64,000 nucleotides of DNA from Chiloscyllium plagiosum (Eukaryota). The stretch is from contig NC_057753.1 in the NCBI RefSeq assembly GCF_004010195.1, positions 14,359,937 through 14,423,936 on the forward strand, in the 5' to 3' direction. Numbering within the stretch: the first letter of the stretch is position 1; every line of letters starts with the position of its first letter. Positions 11,475-23,834 of the stretch are shown here, one piece after another. Under the pieces are notes generated by a model, which worked only from the letters and a program-made list of their open reading frames with translations, was not told where the DNA came from and searched no databases. The position numbers and the translations under genes were made by a program.

Positions 11475-14400
11475 AGTCCACACATAATCCTTGGGTAAAG
11501 TCTGGTTTTGACACTAATACTATGGGTGAGTTTAATCCGTTGCAACTTCCTTCCATTATGTTGTTTTTGACAGTGTGCTCAATCACTTTTTGAACATATG
11601 CCAACTTCAGAGTGCTATGTCCACGAGGAGGCCACGTAACAGGAGCAGCGTTTCCTATGTCTACGTCATGCATAATTAGATCAGTATTTCCAAGCTTATG
11701 CCAACATAGCTCCCCATATGATTGCAATAACTCTTTCACATAATTTCAATTTAACTCAATAATTTCTTTAACTTTTTGGTAACGTCCTCGTGTCCAATTC
11801 AAGTGAAGGAATGTTTAATTCAGAATTGGCATAACATGGTTCTTCACTGTGACTTCAAAAAAGCAACACATTCGCCTTTTGCTTTCCTTCCCTATAAAAG
11901 TATTCTTTTCATCATGTTCGCAGAACACATTCAGTGAGATTTCTTTCTATTCAGCATTCCGATCCTATAATTCATCTCGTTCAATTTACTTTCAGTTTGA
12001 TAAGGCTCGTTGAACATTGTCAGAAATGTACATAGATCACTGAAAGTAACACTAACAGTTTATCTTCACTAGAAACCTTGAGGATTTGTTTGTTTCTTTC
12101 TGCTTCCTGATTCATCACATGCTGGATTATTTTTAAATGCTGCCTCGCCAAATCACCCGCTCTGTTGAATGTCTCCATAAAATTTGACATATGGTTGAAA
12201 TATGCGGTCTCTGAAATCTGACTCATCAATTTTGCGTGAAGTTATTTCAGTAGTCCGCTCATCTCGTGCCCAAAAACTAAGGCAAATGGATTGAATTTTG
12301 TAGATTCATTTGGGTCATCTGTAATCGTGGAAAGTACAAATGGAATTCCTTTAACCAAATCTTCTGGCTTGTCTTGACATTACACGCTCAACATGTTTTT
12401 TTAAAGTTTGTTGCCACTATTCTAATGTTCCCTACGATTCTCGATATACTCAGCAGATTTGAATTGTTTTATTCCCAACCTGCCCGCAACTTATTTGAAT
12501 CATTTCAACTTGCATTTCGGTTAATCTGATTATATCTTTGTAGGTAGTCCACGTCTAGTAGAAAAAAAGGAAGTTAATTAACCGTGTGAGCAGCACGGCG
12601 GCACAGTGGTTAGCACTGCTGCCTCACAGCGCCAGAGACCTGGGTTCAATTCCCGCCTCAGGCGACTGACTGTGTGGAGTTTTAGTTTTGTGGATATTGA
12701 GACAAAGGCTGTTATCATTCCACTGTAAGTAATCTAATCTAACCTTTCTACAATCCTTGTATACATGATGCAGCAGAATGCAATGGCCTCTGTAAATGTC
12801 GTGAAAACATCAGTTATGGTCAACAAATACAGAATCTCAAATCTTGTTTGAGGTAAGGGCCTTACATAATCAATTAAGACACCCGAAATGGTCTCTCAAA
12901 TGCTGGAAGAGATATTAAGAATGCTGGTGTTATTGCTGCATGACGTTATCAAAATGTCTGACACGCATGACAGCTCCAAATAATTCAATTATGTCCTTAT
13001 GCAGTCAAGGCCAATAATTTGTTTCGTATTTTGGCTTGAGCTTTTCTTACTCGCAAATGGTCTCCTCCTGATAATTCATGTGCTACTAACAACAGCGTTT
13101 TTCTATAACCCACGGGTATTGCAACTCGATAAACGTCTGCCTTTTTGACATCCGCCTGAATATGGGATGGTCTCCATTTCTTCTCTCAAGGCTTTGGTTT
13201 TAGGATAACAATATTTTCGGAAACGCTCAGATTCTTCTTCTCTGTATGTTTTTTTTGAAGCAGTTATTCTGGTCTTTCGTCCTTCTGTTATCATTCAGTT
13301 AATTTCTCTCGACAAATAATATTAACATTGTCCTCCATTTTCATTTTCTCAACAATTTAATCAAGCATGGTCTCTGATATTCCTATTTTAAATTCCTTCC
13401 TTATTCTCTGATTTCTCCTCCTGTTTCAAATTATGGATTCGAGACATTGTTGCCGAAAAGTCAAGAAAAACTCAGGATGAATGACTTGTAATACTTGCCT
13501 GATTTTCCACTGGCTTCTGAAACATTGTTGGCATACCCTCATCTGTGATCCAGCTCTATCATTCCCAAGGATGAATTGTACTCGTGGAACCGAGCATTTC
13601 CACCACATCACCACTTTTCACTGGATTATCCAACATCACTTTACATAATGAAACACTGTTTTTTTTTCCTCATGAATTCCTCGTATTAGCACCTTTACTG
13701 GCAATTCTCCTTCTGAATGGCATATTCCCTCCACTATCAACATCAAAGATTGGAATGTTCCCGTGTCTCTTAAAGTTTTCATTTCTTTATCGGCTGCTCC
13801 TGGTTGATACCTTGCTCTTGCAAGGTATTATTTTTCTTGGATCAACAACGCCCACATAGTCGCAGCACATTTCATTTGTTATGCCCCTTTCTCAAATGAA
13901 ATAAGAAGGGTATCTGCATTGTTCAACTAATACAACGCTAGAACATAGTTAAAAAGATCTCATCAACCATGGGTAAGAATGGACTTGCTCGTCATCACCA
14001 GCCTCCTCAATAATTCAATTTTATATGTGCATTTGCGCCCTTTTAAATCGACATGGCTCTCTTAATGCCAGTTTTTAATGTTCAACCTCTCCCCCTTTCT
14101 GCTATTGATCTCCCTCTTTCTCACTTTATCCTCTCCCTTCCTCATTTTTTTTCTGCTAGAGCTTTCCTCTCATTTTCCTTTTGCTTTCCTTTTAATCGAG
14201 ATTCAAACTGTTTTATTTCCTTTCTTCTTCCCTTTCAATCTAATTCAAGCTGGTTCATTTGTAATTGAATGTTAAGCATTTGTAAAAATTCCGATGTCAT
14301 TTCCGGTCATCATAAATGTCAAGTTACGGCTGCAATTCCCTCTCGTTTTCACACAGTCAAAGACAACACAAACTGCAATTTGTGTGCCAATTGCATAAGC

Positions 14401-15290
14401 TGTGTCTTTATTCCCATCTGTAAAACATAAAAAGTGACTTCTTCCTCCACGACAAGCAATCCTTAAGCGACTGAAAAACTACCCAACGCATATCCTGTTT
14501 TAACAAACCGAATTGAAAACTCAAAAGAAAATACACTACCGCTTGCAATTCGCAGATGTTGAGTTCAACAATTCTAAGTCCAAACTGAAATTAGCAGTTT
14601 TGATCCGGGTCAAACTGCCAGTTTGTTATCGAACACACCAGACCCATTCAAAATGTCTTAAGAAGGTAGAATACACCCTTTCATTCCATTGTTATTTTAC
14701 ACGTAAACATCAAGTGCTATGCCGATGCAATTTTATTGGTCAAACCACTCGATGTTAAGCAAAACATTATTTAGTCAACCACTGTAATTGAAATAAAATA
14801 AATCAAGACGAACTTACAATAATTTATGCCTATTGGAAAACTGTACAAAATAATAGATAATCTTACTACTAAACAGTAACTTTTCTAATTTAGTAACATC
14901 CAATAAACGCTGCTGTGGCAAAAATGCAAATTTAGAAAAGCACATTGTCTCCTGTGCAATCTATTAGCAAGAAAGAAATGCATGTACCAGCTACAATCCA
15001 GGAGAAAAGAAGGCCAATAGATAATTCTCAGTGGGGGAGGGCAACCCGAAGAGATTTACTGACTTCCAATCCTTCTGAGTCTCCAGGAACAACTGCTGAA
15101 AGCTTACTGAAGAAAGTCCTAAATCTGTAAGAGATTGCCCATACCCTCACAGGTTATTTCTATTATTCCAACTTTTAAAAAATAACCAAAACCTCACAAG
15201 TTGTTTATCTTCTCATCGGATGTTCGGTACTCGCTTCCAATCTCTGCAGAAAGAGTAAAGCACACCTCTTCAAAGCACAGTATCGTCACT
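11475..15290 (-). mobile_element. Decayed Gypsy LTR retrotransposon, Gmr1-like (INT upstream of RT); probable LTR at ~14625-15290
   Basis: On the minus strand: integrase zinc finger HELSGGDHL...YWP...CHACQ (~13090-12960), core VLIDYVRPLP (~12880), STKFNPFALVFGHE (~12300), then RT start SPIVLVSKPD..GLCVD (11740-11475). Confidence 0.75.
12588..12682 (+). mobile_element. Truncated HE1-like SINE head inside the Gypsy element
   Basis: GCAGCACGGCGGCACAGTGGTTAGCACTGCTGCCTCACAGCGCCAGAGACCTGGGTTCAATTCCC. Confidence 0.85.
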
Positions 15291-15789
15291 CACACATACT
15301 CTCAGAAACACACACACACACACACGAAGTAAATGCACACAGCTTCATGTGATCACGCTGTTGATGAAATGATTAATGCAACTTTCCATCAATGCAATCA
15401 AATCAGCATCTTCAGCCATTATAAATATCCCTTCTCAGTAATCCTCTGTGATGTCTCTCGGTACTCCATTCTCACTATCTTCTGTGGGCGATGAGGATGG
15501 GAAACTCAGAGAAGGAGCTGTCTCCCAGTTCACTAATCAGAGAAGAGCGAAGTGTTGTTTATGGGGATTAGAATGCGTGTGTTCACACAAGATTCAATCC
15601 TGTGTCTGTGCTATGGTCAGAGTCTGCTGCTGATTTCCTTAGCATTTCCAGGAAACAGTTTGGTTTCAGTGTGATGCAAGGTTAATTTGGTTTCCTTTTG
15701 GTGAAGGTAGGAACTCCTGAAAGCACATCGTAACTTTCTGAACATCTGCGAAAAAAAACATCAGACCGATAATTCTATGATGCAAAGAC

Positions 15790-15828
15790 AATTTTTGTAC
15801 AGGGGGGAGACTGATTGTCACCACTGTG
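15790..15828 (-). other. 23-RSS of V2
   Basis: CACAGTG (15822-15828), 23-nt spacer, ACAAAAATT (15790-15798). Confidence 0.95.
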
Positions 15829-16284
15829 CGGGCCCAGAAAGCGCAGTAATACACCGCAGCATCAGCCAGTTCGAGCCCAGTGATAGTCAAACTGGTGAAT
15901 TTATACAAGGTCTGAAGTTCGATGGAGAAGCGACTTTCAGCAAAATCTGCTTTGTCCTCATAACCAGCATAAGTTTTCAACGCTATGTACTCGGGCTGTG
16001 AGTCTGGATGCTGTCGGTACCAGAATAATGAATATTTGCTCAATGTAGTATCATAGGTACAGCTTAGAGTCACTTCCTCTTCTTCTGTCCGAATATCTGA
16101 GGAGAGTGACTGAGTGACAGAATCTCCATGACTCAGGTCTGAAAGAGAAAACAGACATGAATTGTAAAGCGTCAGAGTGGCCTCAGTTTGAACGATTATT
16201 TGATAACGCAATAAAAATTGGATTTCATGCATGTTGACCTGTTAGATTTGCTGCCCACAAAATCCAGATGATGAGTGTCCACAT
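15829..16284 (-). CDS. TRAV/DV: TCR alpha/delta V segment V2 (family A), open frame; leader 16239-16284, V exon 15829-16138
   Basis: MWTLIIWILWAANLT-DLSHGDSVTQSLSSDIRTEEEEVTLSC...WYRQHP...DAAVYYCAFWAR; intact Cys/Trp/Cys; splice donor is GTCAAC (weaker than paralogs). Confidence 0.9.
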
Positions 16285-16764
16285 GGTCGCTGTCCTCTGT
16301 GCAACAGTAGAGTCGGAAATTTGAAGACACACATCCTAATAAGCGGCTGTGAGTAAAAGATTGACGTGTGTCTGAATGTTCCACGCCTTGTATGGGCGTG
16401 TGGGCGGGAGAAAGAGAGTAGATTCTCAGCGAATTGACACATCCCAATCTGAGTTACAGTCATTGCACTTAAAATGGAGTAGGGAGAATTCTAATGCATT
16501 AACTTCCAACCATGTTGAACAATTCCCCTGATCTGCAGTACCTTCACTCTCAATACTGCTCTTTTACTTTCCTGCCCCACTTCCCCATTGACGCCAATTC
16601 TTGTTATTAATCAGTTTAGGTCTGTCCCCAGATTGACCACACCGCCCTCGAAATTTCTACATCACACGTGATGCTTGCATCCCCATAAACTGTCCCCTCT
16701 CAAATTACAATCCAAACTTCCACACCAATAGATTTTATGTCGTCCTTAACCAGCAATATGCGAA

Positions 16765-16955
16765 AAAAATATGGAGTGTAGATGCTGGATATCAAAATCG
16801 AGAATATGGTGCTGAAAAAGCACAGCAGGTCAGGCAAGCTCCGAGGAGCAGGATAATCGACGATTCGGATAGGAATCAAGAGCTTATGCCCAAAATATTG
16901 TTGTTCCTTGGATGCTAACTGATCTGCTGTACTTTTCTAGCACCACACCCTCGAT
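16765..16955. repeat. Palindromic interspersed repeat (same family as ~5335-5540 and ~60870-60990)
   Basis: GGTGCTGAAAAAGCACAGCAGGTCAG ... CTGATCTGCTGTACTTTTCTAGCACC inverted arms. Confidence 0.6.
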
Positions 16956-17825
16956 GAATTTAGCAGTATCCCTGATATCACTTTCAACGGATTCTCTCTT
17001 ATTCTGGACCTCTGTTGCTGTTTCTCCGTCCTCAGCTCAATATGAGCATACTCTGCCTACGTCTTATCCTCTCTGAATTCTTCACTGAGCTCAGTCGCAA
17101 CTTTCGTCCAACACTCTTAGGGTGTTTGCTGATTGACTGAACACAGAGGCCTCACAGTGCAGGATCCACTCGACATCGGAATCATTTTAAAGTAGCAATC
17201 TTCGTTTCTCGCACCTCACTTTGTGTGTGTGGAGGGGAGGGGTGAGAAAGAGAGAGAAGGAGAGAGAATGCTTGCACGTGCTTCTATCTGTGAAATGGTA
17301 AATATTTGTTTAAGCTTTCACTGAATTTAATAGAGTCGAAACCTCGCTTCAAACCTTCACTTCAAATCCCGTTTAAAGTACAACATTTTCTTCCTCTGCA
17401 GTGGCATGAAGCTGTTTACTACGCAAAGTGGAATTCGCTTGTGAATTGTTCAGAGGGAGATGAGCAGCAGACAGCAGCATCCAACCTTACAGCAGCTTAA
17501 GCGTGCATACACACATGCACACACACACACACGCTCACGGCAAATGCAAGTATTAGAGCTGGCCAGTGGGAAGATTTCAGATGGATCATTGAGGGAATTA
17601 GAAAGACGGTCAGTTTGGAGAAACCAGATGTGTGCAGCGTGTAGTATACAGATCCACATAATCAAAGAACAATTAAAAAGAATGCAGCACAGGACAGGCC
17701 ATTTGGTCCTCTGAGCCCCTGCTGACAATTGAGACTTACAGCGTCTGTATCTCTCTATTTCCTGCCTATTCGTGTATTTGTCCAAGTGCCTCCAGAATGC
17801 TGCTATTGAGTCTGCTTCCACCATC

Positions 17826-19402
17826 TTGAAAAATGTTCATATTACAGAGGAGGAAGTGTTGGATGTCTTGAAATGCATAAAGGTAGATAAATCTGCAGGA
17901 CCTGATCAGGTGTACCCTAGAACTCTGTGGGAAGCTAGAGAAGTGATTGCTGGGCCTCTTGCTGAGATATTTATATCATCGATAGTCACAGGTGAGATGC
18001 CAGAAGACTGGAGATTGGCTAACATGGTGCCACTGCTTAAGAAGGGTGGTAAGGAAAAGCCAGGTAACTATAGACCGGTGAGCTTGGCTCAGTGGTGGGC
18101 AAGTTGTTGGAGAGAGTCCTGACGGACAGGACGCTCATGTATTTGGAAAGGCAAGGATATATTATGGATACGCAACATGGCTTTGTGTGTGGGAAATCAT
18201 GTCTCACAAATTTGATTGAGTTTTTTGAAGAAGCAACATAGAGGATTGATGAGGGCAGAGTGGTAGATGTGATCTACATGGGAGACTGGTTAGCAAGGTT
18301 AGATCTCAAAAAATGCAGGGAGAACGAGCCATTTGGACACAGAACTGGATCAAATGTAGAAGACAGAGGGTGGTGGTGGAGAATTGTTTTTCAGATTGGA
18401 GGCCTGTGACCAGTGGAGTGCCACAAGGATTGGTGCTGGTTTCTCTACTTTTTGTCATTTGCATAAATGATTTGGATGGGAGCATAAGAGGTATAGTTAG
18501 CAAGTTTGCAGATGAGTCCAAAATTGAAAGTGTAGTGAACAGGGAAGAAGGTTACCTCAGATTACAACAGGATCTGGACCAGATCGACCAACGGGCTGAG
18601 AAGTGGCAGATGGAGTTTAATACATTTTGGGAAAGCAAATCTTATCAGGACTTAGACACTTAATGGTAAGGTCCTAGGGAGTGTTGCTGACCATAGAGAC
18701 CTTGGAGTGCAGGTTCATAGTTCCTTTAAAGTGGAGTCGCAGGTAGATAGGATAGTGAAGAATGCGTTTGGAATGCTATCCTTTATTGGTCAGAGTATTG
18801 AGTACAGGAGTTGGGAGGTCATGTTGCGGCTGTACAGAACAATGGTTAGGCCACTGTTGGAATATTGCGTGCAATTCTGGTCTCCGACCTATCAGAAAGA
18901 TGCTGTGAAACTTGAAAAGGTTCTGAAAAGATTTACAAGGATGTTGCCAGGGTTGATTTGACCTATAGAGAGAGGTTGAACAGGCTGGTGCTGTTTTCCC
19001 TGGAGCGTCGAAGGCTGAGGGGTGACATTTTAGAGGTTTACACAATTATGAGGGGCATTGATAGGATGAATAGATAAAGTATTTTTCCTGGGGTCGGGGT
19101 GTCCAGACCTAGAGGGGCATAGATTTAGGGTAAGAGGGAAAAGATATAAAAGAGACCTAAGGGGCAAATTTTTCACACAGAGGGTGTTACGTGTATGGAA
19201 TAAGCTGCCAGAAAATGTGGTAGAGGCTGATACAATTGCAATATTTAAACGGCATTTGGATGGGTATATGAACAAGATGGGTTTGGAGGGATATGGGCCA
19301 AGTGCTGGCAGGTGGGACTAGATTGGTTTGGGATAACTGATCGGCATGGTGGCATTGGACCGTAGGGTCTGTTTCCATGCCGTACATCTCTATGACTCTA
19401 TG
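17826..19402 (+). mobile_element. CR1 LINE (RT and 3' UTR) nested in an older minus-strand LINE fragment (~17690-17825 and ~19405-19870)
   Basis: ORFs with [34 protein letters not shown]; tail CTCTATGACTCTATGA; flanks on both sides are minus-strand LINE 3' sequence. Confidence 0.88.
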
Positions 19403-20354
19403 ACCTCCTCTGGCAGCACGTTCTAGGCATTCACGACTCTTTGGTTGAAACACCTTCCCTCGCCCATCTCTTTTAAATTTCGCCCCGATATTTTGAAGCT
19501 GGATCCCCTAGTAATTGAGACCTCCACCCTTGGAAAATAAAGCGCTATTATTTCCATTCGATCCATACCATTCGCAACCTTATAAACTTCTATCAGGTCG
19601 CCCCACAACGTGTTGCATTCCAGAGAAAACAAACGCAGTCTATCCAACGTTTCTACATAGCAACACTCTACCACACCAAGCAACATCCTGGTAAGCCTTT
19701 TTTCTGTACCTTCTCCAAAGCTTCTACACCCCTCTGGGAGTATAGTGACCAGAACTGAGCGCAAAATTCCAAGCATACATTGAATGTCCCGTCCAAAGAC
19801 GGCAAACATTCCATCGGCGTTTTATATTACCTTATCTACCTGGGCTGCCATCTTCAGTGATCACTTTACCCACAAACCAAGACCCATATCCATATCAATC
19901 ACGTTCTCTCAGATTTAACGTCTTATAATTCAAACATGTCTGACGCTTCCAAACTCAAGAAGATACAAGACAACACTGTATCGTCTTTCCATGTAAATCT
20001 CAGTCTTGAACACATTTATCACACAGACACTGCGGTAAATAATTCAACGGGTTTTTTTTTCCCTCGGGGGAAGAAATGCCTCCTCATCCCTGACTTAAAT
20101 ATGTGATCCCTTATTCTGATATTACACTTATGTTCCTCTACTCTCCCACGAGAGGAAAACATTTTCTTTTGGCTACACGGCCAAGTTTTCATCACACACC
20201 TTTCGAATATGTGGTACTTGAAAGTGTGTCTCCTGACACAAAGTCAGGGGCATATTAGCACAAGATCCCTCCACGCATTTCATTGATGTATTGATCATAT
20301 GACAGTGTAGATCAACAGAAAACATGTTTCCTCATGCTCACTTCTCCACAATGG

Positions 20355-20690
20355 TCTTGTGGTATTATCACTGGACTGTTAAACAACGGACCCAGGCAAC
20401 GAGTGGGGACCCGGCTTCAAAACTGACCTGTAGCAGATGGAAGAATCTGAATTCCACAAATACATGGAATTGAGAGCCTGATAATGACCTTGACACCATT
20501 GCAGATAAAACTCATCTTGTTCACTCATGTTGTTTCAGGAAGGAAACTGTATCCCTTCCTGGTCTGGTCTACTCATTACAAACAGCCAATGTGGTTGACC
20601 CTTAACTGGGCTCTTGCAAATTATGAATGGGCTACAAAAGCTAGCCTAGCAATGGCCTAGCCAGCAATACCCTGACCTCACGAAAAAAAT
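20355..20690 (+). mobile_element. tRNA-derived SINE (second family)
   Basis: GTGGTATTATCACTGGACT...GGGGACCCGGCTTCAAA head followed by SINE-like body; family not assigned. Confidence 0.5.
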
Positions 20691-21753
20691 GGAAAAAACA
20701 CTTTTAGCCCTGGAATAGCAGAAGCTACTTTTGGGTTACAATGGTCAGGTTCTAATGGGAATGAATAGACAGTAGTGACTCCAGGATTGGAGATAACTGC
20801 CCTGTCTGTTAATTGTCACGAGCAAATCAAGAATTTCAGCAAGTGTTCCAGCATCAGGAATACCACTGAAGTGCAACCTGTAAATGAAGAGGATGTAAAT
20901 TTGACCCTGTTTTAAGAATCAGCCTTCATTACATTTTAAGATCTGTCCGTTATGTACAAACTATCGCTGTTCCAGAAACTCTCTCAGTGCAAACACAACC
21001 TCTTAACGAACGGTGTATTGTTAGTCTTGAAAATTGACATGGAGGAATTGGAAATGGGTGTTCATATCGACAGGCGGGAGAATGATGAGAAACAATGGAC
21101 AAAAGAAATATTAGAATATCGCCAGTGCATTTATGAATGTCAGCTGAAGCTGTGATTTGAGAGTAGCAAATACTGCGCACTGTCCCGATGTGTGAGTTGA
21201 TGGTGCTGTTAGTTTGAAAGCTGCTTTATACTGCTGTCCGCTCTCCAATCAGTTTGACATCCTTTTGTGCAGTATTGAAATCGGCCATTAGACGATGGCT
21301 TAGCACCACATTCAACAAATGGGAGTGAAACAACGAAAGAGACTATTTTTAACAATTAATTCATTATCGCCCTTCCAGTCAACTTATCTCACAAAGTGAC
21401 AGTCAACCGTTTCTGGGCTCACATTAGATCGATCAGAAAACGCACCAGGTGAATGTTTCTAATCTTTTGAACACATCCTTCATCAGACAATGAGACAGAA
21501 CAATAATAGCAGAACACCTCAAACTAAATGAGTAAATGTCTCAAAGAAAATATGTACAACCAAACGGTCTGACACACGCACATGCACATTAACACTAACA
21601 TCTTCATACACAGATGAAAGCAATCGGAGGTCGTCGTCTTTTGTTTAAGATGTTGGTGCAAATGTGACAACAGCACTTCCTTCTGTGCCATTTTGTGCAC
21701 TATAGAGAAGACAGCCTTCGTTTACATCTGTCTTGTGCTCCTATCAATAGCTC

Positions 21754-22540
21754 ATGAAGGCAGAGGAGCAATTAACGTTGATTATCCTCAAGCTCAATGG
21801 AATAATCCCAGGTGAGTTACACTTTAGATTCTCACCCCTAACCGTCATGTATTTTTTAACGGTTTCATTTTGAGAAAGAATTGTCACTGGAATTGGGTGC
21901 TCGGAAGTAAGAGAAAAAAAATAATTGCAGCACCTTCCAATCCAATGGCCACTTCGGTCTAGAAGTACAAGGGCAGCTGATAAGTGGAAGCACCACCAAC
22001 ATCAAATTCCCCGGCAATTCACTCACCACACTGACTTGGAATTTAGGGCATTTCCTTCAGTGCTGCTATGTCAAATTCCTGTCCTCCAATCTCTAACGGC
22101 TCCCTGGGTCTACCTCGTCAACAACGAAAGTATCGATTTGAAAAGGCACCACTACTTTCTCTACGACTATTTGGAACAGGTAACAAACACTATGCCATCC
22201 AGCGATGCTCACATCATCTCAGGCGTCTAATCACCCAATAACTAACTGCATCTTTGGTGCTTCATGTCAAGACATTTTCTCAGAGTGAGTATTAAAAAGC
22301 AAAGTCTCTGTCATGTACTGTGATAATGTGAATGGTGTAAGTATCTTTTTTTTTTTTAACTGCCATATTGTAAAGCCTGAGGGTGTGAAGGGATTAGACT
22401 TCATTAAAATCAGTTTGAGAAGATGCGGAATGTCAAAACATACACCACGATATGCCCATTGGAACGAATTGCAAGTTTCCCCATTGTGAAATACGACGTG
22501 TTTCTAGTGAGTTGGATGCTTGCGACATTCTCTTCATTGA
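21754..22540 (+). pseudogene. Family-B remnant B2: open leader (21754-21811) plus intron, V exon absent
   Basis: TATAGAG at ~21701; leader MKAEEQLTLIILKLNGIIP-G|GTGAGT; intron 3' part (22440-22535) aligns with 8850-8940 but stops before the acceptor. Confidence 0.65.
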
Positions 22541-23150
22541 AGACATACTCAAACACTCACAAATACACAGACACATCGACACACATACACTTATAAAAAC
22601 ACTCACACACATACACATATAGCCAATTGCCATGTTATGTTTGACGCAAATGGATACAGTTCCATGTGAGCAAATTAATGAAGAAAGGATTGCTGTAGCG
22701 TTCCCCCAATACGATCAAAACCGCATCATCAGTCATTCTAAAACCCCGCCCTAAGCAAACTGCTGTAGGGTCTCTGAATGCTCCCCTCTCTTGACCTTGA
22801 GTAGGCGATGAGGATGTGAAAGTCCAAAAAGGAGAGCTGTCTCCCAACAGGCTGTCTACAAATCACAGCAGAGCAAACCGTTGGTGGCAGAGATCAGAAC
22901 GAGTTGTGTCTTTCATCATTCTGTTCTGTCTCTGTTCGTATGCTCAGATTTTGCAGTTTATTTTCTCAGTTCAGGAAAACAGTTCGGTGACAGTTTGAAT
23001 CAAGGTTAGTTTGGTTTCGTCTTGGCGTTTGGTTAGGCCCCTGAAAGCACAGATTAATTTCTGACACTCTACAAAAACCTCAATAAATGCAACTATCTAT
23101 GGTCCAAAAACAATTTTTGTACAGGAGACAGACTGTTTATCATCACTGTA

Positions 23151-23604
23151 TCACTGCGAGCGTAGTAATACATGGCCGAGTCAGTCAGTTCTAGCCCAGT
23201 GATAGTCATGCTAGCGAGTTTCTTCGAGATTTGAAGTTCCGCTGAGAAGCGACTTTTAGCAAAATCAGCTTTATCCTCACAACCATTCGTCTTTATCAAC
23301 AGTATATACTCCGGCTGTGTTTCTGGGTGCTGTTGGTACCAGTAAAACTTGTAAGCTGCTCAATGTAGTAACATAGGTACACCTTAGAGTCACAGCTTCT
23401 CCTTCTGTGCGACCATCTGAGGACAGTGACTGAGTGACAGAACTTCCATGACTTGGATCTGAAAGAGTAAACGGATATCATTTGTAAATTATCAGTCTGG
23501 GTTCAGTTTAAACGGTGATTTGAAAAAGAAATGTACAATGGATTTCCTCTACATTTATCTGCTACAATTGTGACTCATACTACCCAGATGCTGAGTAGAC
23601 ACAT
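23151..23604 (-). pseudogene. TRAV/DV: TCR V pseudogene V3 (family A)
   Basis: Stop in leader, donor GT>AT, frameshift near CDR1, second Cys>Tyr (YYYARSD), RSS heptamer TACAGTG (23144-23150) with nonamer ACAAAAATT (23112-23120). Confidence 0.92.
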
Positions 23605-23834
23605 TGTCGCTATCCTCTATGTAACAGTGGAGTTGCATATTTGAAAGCAACTATTCTAACACCCTGCCTTCAGGAAATTGCTGACGTGGCTCTGGGGTTT
23701 GTCACTTCACTACCTTGTGGGGGCGGTGATACAATGCTTGAGGGATGAAAAGAGCAGACGTTCAGTGAATTGAAACATCATGATTTGGGTTAAAGTCACT
23801 GCGCATAAAAAGGTGGAGTGAGAATTCTGGTAGA

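Noticed and set aside
12588-12660. tRNA gene candidates (also 507, 8372, 35565, 53540, 54820)
   Set aside because: These are tRNA-derived SINE heads continuing into SINE bodies.
23152-23158. Second heptamer-like CGCAGTG beside the V3 RSS
   Set aside because: It lacks the essential CAC and would give a 31-nt spacer.
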